Of a stretch of 35,909 nucleotides of DNA, positions 31,322-35,909 are shown in pieces. A program made the position numbers and the translations under genes. A model generated the notes under the pieces. It searched no databases. It was given only the letters and a program-made list of their open reading frames with translations, and was not told the origin of the DNA. Each line of letters begins with the position of its first letter. The stretch's first letter is position 1. The DNA is from a virus, in IMG/VR virus record IMGVR_UViG_3300028630_000004, positions 1 to 35,909 of that record; one strand, written 5' to 3'.

Positions 31322-32032
31322 ATGAGCCGGAAGATCGAAGCCCGGTACGAACGGCTCTTGCTCCCACTGTTCGACACCTTCGAGCGGCAGGCCGTCGCCG
31401 CGTTCGAGTCGCACGCCCGCGAACTCGCCGCGCCAACCGTCGGCATCGATCTCGACTGGCTGCGGACGTGGCTGGACAAGACCATCGAGGAGGTCGTGAT
31501 CAAGCCGTCGCACAAGGCGCAGGGCGAGATCGTCAAGACCGCATACCGGCAGGGGATCACGTGGGCCGACACCAACCTCGCGGCGCTCACCACCGGCGCG
31601 AAGCTGACCCCCGGCCCGATCGACTGGCGGGCGCTCGACGTGCTGAAGGCCCGGAACGTCTCGGCGCTCAAGGGCGTCACCGACGAGATGGGCAAGCAGA
31701 TCATCGCCTCCCTGACAGACGGGCTCATGCAGGGCGAGGGGATCCCGAAGCTGGCCCGGCGCATTGCCGAGCGAGTCGACGCCATCGGGCGGACGCGGGC
31801 GATCGCAATCGCGAGAACCGAAACGATGTACTGCGTGAACGAAGGCTCGAAGATCCGGTATGCCCAGGCCGGCGTCTCGAAGGTGAAAATTCTGGCCGGT
31901 CTGGACGAACGGGTCTGTGATCAGTGCGAATCGGAGCACGGAACGGTCTACGATATTGATTCCGCGCCCACCCTGCCCTTTCACGTAAATTGCCGTTGCA
32001 CGACGATACCTGTGATCGAGGTGCCGACGTAA
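31322..32032 (+). CDS. Head morphogenesis protein, SPP1 gp7 / Mu F family
   Basis: ARTETMYCVNEGS...LDERVCDQCESEHGTVYDIDSAPTLPFHVNCRCTTIPV is the family signature. The ORF is open from GTG 31271. Confidence 0.85.
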   Translation: MSRKIEARYERLLLPLFDTFERQAVAAFESHARELAAPTVGIDLDWLRTWLDKTIEEVVIKPSHKAQGEIVKTAYRQGITWADTNLAALTTGAKLTPGPIDWRALDVLKARNVSALKGVTDEMGKQIIASLTDGLMQGEGIPKLARRIAERVDAIGRTRAIAIARTETMYCVNEGSKIRYAQAGVSKVKILAGLDERVCDQCESEHGTVYDIDSAPTLPFHVNCRCTTIPVIEVPT

Positions 32033-32253
32033 TGGCGTCCGGCAAGCCGCTCACCGACCGGGAGAAGGCGTTCATCCGCGCGAACAGAGCCGAGAAATTC
32101 CCGTCCGTCCTCGCGCGACATTTGAGCTTGTATTACAGCTCAGAAAACAACGGGTCGAGGTCAACCCGGACCGTGCAGGAGTATATCAGGAAGCTCGATC
32201 GCGAGGCCGAAAAGAAAGCGAAGGTCAGGGCCCCGGCGCGCGCATCGGGTTAA
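32032..32253 (+). CDS. Small basic protein, lower GC (possible DNA-binding moron)
   Basis: 73 aa: LTDREKAFIRANRAEKFPSVLARHLS..., with a Lys-rich tail. Followed by a T5 tract. Confidence 0.4.
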   Translation: MASGKPLTDREKAFIRANRAEKFPSVLARHLSLYYSSENNGSRSTRTVQEYIRKLDREAEKKAKVRAPARASG

Positions 32254-32335
32254 CTATTTTTAGCATATATACAGTTTCTCTTTTTAAACGAGTCAACTAC
32301 AAACGTAATTATTATCCTTCCGCGCATACAGTACC
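32254..32335 (+). promoter_or_regulatory. AT-rich late promoter region; the downstream start has no SD (possibly leaderless)
   Basis: ctatttttag (T-tract); gcatatatac; tttttaaac; cgtaattattatcc about 20-30 nt before ATG 32336. Confidence 0.45.
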
Positions 32336-33196
32336 ATGCCCGATGGCGACGCTCCCGAAGTCCGCCGCGAGCTCCTTTTTAGTTTACCTCCTCCGTCCAA
32401 CTTCGAGCGCGACGGCCCGGCCCTCGTCATCCGCGGGATCAACCTCCTCGCGGCCGGCACCTGGACCGACTCGGCGCAGCGGACCCCCTGCACGTACCGC
32501 CCGGAGATCGTCACCCGCGATGCCGCCAACTGGGCCGACTCGACCCTCTGGGCGCGCCACAACGGCGGCGTCCCGCGGTCGGTCGCCGAGGGGATCGGCC
32601 GCATCGAGAATCAGCGGCCCGGCACGGACGCGGCCGTCGGCGACCTCCGCCTTCACGGCCTGACCCAGCTCTCCCGCGACATCATCGCGCTCGTCGAGGC
32701 CGGCGAGGTCGACGCATTCAGCCCCGAACTCGTCGGGCCGGAGCGGTACAACGCGGACGAGAAGGTGTACGAAAAGACGGCCATCACGTTCCTCGGCGGC
32801 GCCATCGTCGCCAAAGGAGCCTGCGCTACCTGCACGCTCCGGAGGAACAACGCGGCCGGAGAGGAGCCGGGCGAATCGCCCGCGGCATGTGCGACAGACG
32901 ACCCCACAGAGGACACTATGACAGCAGAACTTGAGGCGACCATCGCCAAACTCGAAGCGGAGCACGCGGACCTCGTCCGGCAGCTCGGCGAGGCACAGGA
33001 GACGAACACGAAGATCGCGGCCGACGTCGGCACGCTCCGCGACGAGATGCGCGAGCTCGAGGCCATCAAGGCCCGCCTGCTCAAGATCGAGCAGACACCC
33101 ATGCCGAAGGCCGGCGCCCCCGCCGAGCCGGCGCGCGAGCTGACCGTTCCGGCCGGGCTCGTGATCACGAAGACCGAGATCTATTCGGAGATCTAG
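32336..33196 (+). CDS. Prohead protease (HK97 S78-like) fused to a coiled-coil scaffold domain
   Basis: LWARHNGG (candidate His) and VDAFSPELVG (candidate Ser) at HK97-protease-like spacing. C-terminal heptad region ELEATIAKLEAEHADLVRQLGEAQETNTKIAADVGTLRDEMRELEAIKARLLKIE. Confidence 0.5.
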   Translation: MPDGDAPEVRRELLFSLPPPSNFERDGPALVIRGINLLAAGTWTDSAQRTPCTYRPEIVTRDAANWADSTLWARHNGGVPRSVAEGIGRIENQRPGTDAAVGDLRLHGLTQLSRDIIALVEAGEVDAFSPELVGPERYNADEKVYEKTAITFLGGAIVAKGACATCTLRRNNAAGEEPGESPAACATDDPTEDTMTAELEATIAKLEAEHADLVRQLGEAQETNTKIAADVGTLRDEMRELEAIKARLLKIEQTPMPKAGAPAEPARELTVPAGLVITKTEIYSEI

Positions 33197-33199
33197 ACC

Positions 33200-33670
33200 A
33201 TGACCGACATCGCAGCATTCCCCGCAATCCACGACGTCCTGTACGCCGGCGACAACATCCAGTCGTTCACGGCGTCCGGTGCCATCACCGCCGGGCAGGT
33301 CGTCGCCATCGACGCCACCGGCGTGACCCTGACCGTCCGCGCGGCCGTCGCCGAGTCGGGCGAGCGCCCCGTCGGCGTGGCCATCATGTCCGTCGCCAGC
33401 GGCGCACAGGTGCCCGTCGCCATGACCGGCTGCATCGTCCGCGTGGCGAACGCCGACGACGGCGCCGACATCGACGCGGGCGAGTGGCTCACGACGAACG
33501 CCAACACCGTCGGCGGCACCGTCTCGGCGCAGTCCGTCGCGGCGGAGTCCGGCGCGACCGCGGCCATCTATGACACCGTGATCGGGTACGCCGTCGGTGA
33601 CATCGCGAAGGCCGCGACCGGCCTGATGATGATCCAGCCGCAGACGATCACGCGGCCCAACAAAAACTGA
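33200..33670 (+). CDS. DUF2190-type head decoration / cement-like protein
   Basis: SGAITAGQVVAIDATG....PVGVAI.SVASGAQVPVAMTGCIVRV....DIDAGEWL pattern. Sits between the scaffold and capsid genes. Confidence 0.5.
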   Translation: MTDIAAFPAIHDVLYAGDNIQSFTASGAITAGQVVAIDATGVTLTVRAAVAESGERPVGVAIMSVASGAQVPVAMTGCIVRVANADDGADIDAGEWLTTNANTVGGTVSAQSVAAESGATAAIYDTVIGYAVGDIAKAATGLMMIQPQTITRPNKN

Positions 33671-33681
33671 GGTATCCTGAC

Positions 33682-34647
33682 ATGACACAACTCCTCCGAA
33701 CCTACCTCGACATCGGCCTGAACCAGCCGACCGGCCGCGCGCTCGAGCGGGCCGTGTCCAAGATCCCCCGCGAACTCGGCACCGTCTTCGACGGCAAGGT
33801 CGAGCCCGTCCGCGAACTGCTCCTCACGACCGCGATCGAGTCGACGAACCTCATCCAGACGGAGATGTACAGGACCGTCGTCGAGGGCGCCGAGCCGTTC
33901 AAGGTGATGCGCCAGGCGCTGAACGTCCTGCCCATGAACGCGGCGACGCTCGACATCCCCGTCGGCGAGGTCGGGTCGTATGCCCGCGAGGTCGCCGAGG
34001 GCGCCGAAGTCCCGATCTCCACGCAGGACTACAGCAAGGTCACCTTCACGGCGAAGAAGATCGCCGAGCGGCCCGTCATCACGGACGAGATGGTCGCTGA
34101 TGCGCTGTACCCCGTCATCGAACTCGAACTGCGGAAGGCCGGCGCCAAGCTGGAGAACAAGATCAACCAGATGGCGATCGTCGAGCTCGTCGACAACTCC
34201 GCGACGCTGGAGCACGACACCGGCGGCGCGAACCAGGGCATCAAGGCGATCGCGGCCGCACAGGCAAAGGTCGAGGGCGCGGGCTTCATCCCCGACCGGA
34301 TCGTGATGTGCCCCGGCTTCAAGGCCGGCATCATGGCCGAGTTCGTCCCGACCGGCTACAGCGGCGCCGACGCCGTCATGACCGGCAAGCTCCCGAACCT
34401 GCTCGGGCTCCAGGCGTTCGTCTCGAACGTCGTGCACACGACCGCCGCCTCGTGGGCGTACGCCGCCAACGACAACCTCGGCGCGGTCGTCTTCGACTCG
34501 CAGAACGGGTCGATGATCGGCGTCCGGCAGGACATCACCGTGAAGCGGTACGACGACGTCGTGCGCATGCTTCAGGGAACCGTCGTCTCGGCCCGCGTCG
34601 CCGTCGACACCCTCTCGGCGTCCGCCGGATCGCGGATCAAGTACTGA
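33682..34647 (+). CDS. Major capsid protein (HK97 fold expected)
   Basis: 321 aa, immediately after the protease/scaffold and decoration genes. Composition is typical of an MCP. Confidence 0.75.
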   Translation: MTQLLRTYLDIGLNQPTGRALERAVSKIPRELGTVFDGKVEPVRELLLTTAIESTNLIQTEMYRTVVEGAEPFKVMRQALNVLPMNAATLDIPVGEVGSYAREVAEGAEVPISTQDYSKVTFTAKKIAERPVITDEMVADALYPVIELELRKAGAKLENKINQMAIVELVDNSATLEHDTGGANQGIKAIAAAQAKVEGAGFIPDRIVMCPGFKAGIMAEFVPTGYSGADAVMTGKLPNLLGLQAFVSNVVHTTAASWAYAANDNLGAVVFDSQNGSMIGVRQDITVKRYDDVVRMLQGTVVSARVAVDTLSASAGSRIKY

Positions 34648-34657
34648 GGCGCCGCTC

Positions 34658-34858
34658 ATGGTGCTAAGTCCACAGAACAGCGGGAAATACCTCTCCCGCT
34701 CGTGGGCTGAAGCAAGAGCGGACGCCTACGAATATCGCGACACCTACACGGCCGCGGAACTCACCTGGCTCGAGGTGCCCGACGTCACGGTGCCGGAAGA
34801 GGCGTTCCTCGACGCCGCCGGGCATGACATCAGGAACCGGCCGGAGGTCGGTGCATGA
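34658..34858 (+). CDS. Hypothetical small protein
   Basis: 66-aa ORF with an ATGA overlap downstream. Confidence 0.35.
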   Translation: MVLSPQNSGKYLSRSWAEARADAYEYRDTYTAAELTWLEVPDVTVPEEAFLDAAGHDIRNRPEVGA

Positions 34859-35235
34859 CGTACTGCACGACGGCCGAGCTCGTCAACCTCACCGGCTCGA
34901 CCCTCTCGACCACGATCCTCACGGCCGTGATCGAACAGGGCGACCGGGAGATCGATACCTACCTCGCGCCGTACGGCGTCGGGGCGGACGCGTCGGCGTG
35001 CAAGTCGGCATCGCTCGAACTGGCGAAGGCCGGCATCCTCGACCGGATGCGGCTCGACGGCACGCAGCCCGACCAGTCGACCGAGGGCGACTACTCGCAG
35101 ACGGTCCAGATCGAATCGGCCATCAAGCGCCACCGGGCCGCCGCATTCGACATCCTCGACCGCTACGTCTCCGCCGCGTCGGCCGCGTCGGCGTCCGTCA
35201 GCAAGTACCACGTCGTGAAGGTGGTCGGCCGGTGA
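34855..35235 (+). CDS. gp6-like head-tail connector protein
   Basis: MTYCTTAELVNLTGS..L...I..AVIEQGDREIDTYL matches the Phage_connect_1 N-terminus. Position agrees. Confidence 0.55.
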   Translation: MTYCTTAELVNLTGSTLSTTILTAVIEQGDREIDTYLAPYGVGADASACKSASLELAKAGILDRMRLDGTQPDQSTEGDYSQTVQIESAIKRHRAAAFDILDRYVSAASAASASVSKYHVVKVVGR

Positions 35236-35909
35236 GACTGCCGCACGTCTGCACGATCCAGAAGGCGACCGCCGGCACGGCCGACGCATACGGCGAGACG
35301 GCCCCCGAGTGGTACGCGGCCACGGCCCCGATCGCGTGCCGGTTCTACTACTCGTCGCCCGGGGAGCAGTTCGCCCGGGACGTTTCGGGCACGGTGCTGA
35401 AGGACGCGCTCTCGCTCATGCTCCCGCCGTCGGCCGTGGCGTTGCTCGGCGGAGACCTCGCGCTCTCGTCCTGGCCCGCCTACGAGGCGACGGTGTCGGA
35501 CGGTCTCGTTCTTGAGACCACCACAACGGCGCCGCATTTCGTGGACCGGCAGCTCACAGTGACGGCCGGGACGGACTACACCCTCTCGGCCCTCCTCGCG
35601 GCGCAGGAGCGGGCCTATGCGTGTCTGCACGCGCTCGGGGAGACCGTCACGGCGTGGGCGTACTTCGACCTCACGGCCGGCACGGTCGGCGCTCATTCGG
35701 CCGACGCGACCGACCCGCAGTGCACCCCCGTCGATGGCGGGTTCCGGTGCTCGTTCGGCGTCAACAGCGGCGCGGACACGACCCTCGGGATCGGCGTGGC
35801 CCCGGCAACGGATGACACCGACTGCTGGTCGGACGAGTACGCCGGCGACATCACAAAGGGCATCTACTCGTCGATCCCCGTGCTGGAGATCGGCGCGCCG
35901 ACCTTCCCG
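35232..35909 (+). CDS. 5' part of the junction-spanning head-closure/adaptor CDS, with a ~150-aa CBM4/9-like domain inserted (continues at 2-268)
   Basis: GTGA overlap start. VRLPHVCTIQKATAGTADAYGETAPEWYAATAPIACRFYYSSPGEQF is the SPP1 gp16-family N-terminus. From about 35455 the sequence is paralogous to the fibre N-terminal domains. Confidence 0.6.
   Translation, partial: MRLPHVCTIQKATAGTADAYGETAPEWYAATAPIACRFYYSSPGEQFARDVSGTVLKDALSLMLPPSAVALLGGDLALSSWPAYEATVSDGLVLETTTTAPHFVDRQLTVTAGTDYTLSALLAAQERAYACLHALGETVTAWAYFDLTAGTVGAHSADATDPQCTPVDGGFRCSFGVNSGADTTLGIGVAPATDDTDCWSDEYAGDITKGIYSSIPVLEIGAPTFP
35783..35909. repeat. Terminal overlap, identical to nt 1-127
   Basis: See feature 1-127. Confidence 0.95.

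Overview
The window is a closed, circular contig. Nt 1-127 are identical to nt 35783-35909, so the unit length is 35,782 bp. It is a complete, high-GC genome of a tailed dsDNA virus (siphovirus-like, HK97-type head module). All ~60 supported genes lie on the + strand, and many are linked by 4-nt ATGA/GTGA start-stop overlaps. They fall into five blocks separated by short AT-rich gaps.

- Block 1 (10074-16630): early genes. These are RHH and Zn-ribbon proteins, a Gp157-like protein, a C5-cytosine MTase, a truncated Bet/RecT-like protein, an ASCH protein and a DUF1064-type nuclease.
- Block 2 (16862-20464): a ParB-domain::MT-A70 methyltransferase, a lower-GC nuclease-like gene, a ~0.5 kb repeat array and two conserved unknowns.
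- Block 3 (20807-24227): an RHH regulator, a possible GINS-like protein, a small TM protein and a Cys-rich beta-helix protein.
- Block 4 (24279-32253): a TM protein, LamG/Ig-like proteins, small and large terminase, an N4/N6 MTase interrupted by an HNH endonuclease, portal and a Mu-F-like protein.
- Block 5 (32336, across the junction, to 9946): protease/scaffold, decoration-like protein, major capsid protein, connectors, tail tube, chaperone, tape measure and a 1247-aa multidomain fibre.

The gaps carry TATA-box-like motifs, and some downstream starts lack a Shine-Dalgarno. Together with the possible GINS-like protein, this makes me suspect an archaeal (methanogen-like) host. That is inference only.

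The most unusual signals are:
1. A G-rich array in pentanucleotide phase, with 10-11 units each headed by GGCAGTC.
2. An HNH homing-endonuclease cassette nested out of frame in a methyltransferase gene, flanked by a duplicated protein motif.
3. A C5-methyltransferase whose target-recognition domain reads in a different frame from its catalytic motifs.
4. A carbohydrate-binding-like domain shared at nucleotide level between the tail fibre and an insertion in the head-closure protein.
5. Several exact or near-exact dispersed repeats that mark recombination joints.

No homology search was run. Every family call rests on motifs I recognise by eye plus gene order.
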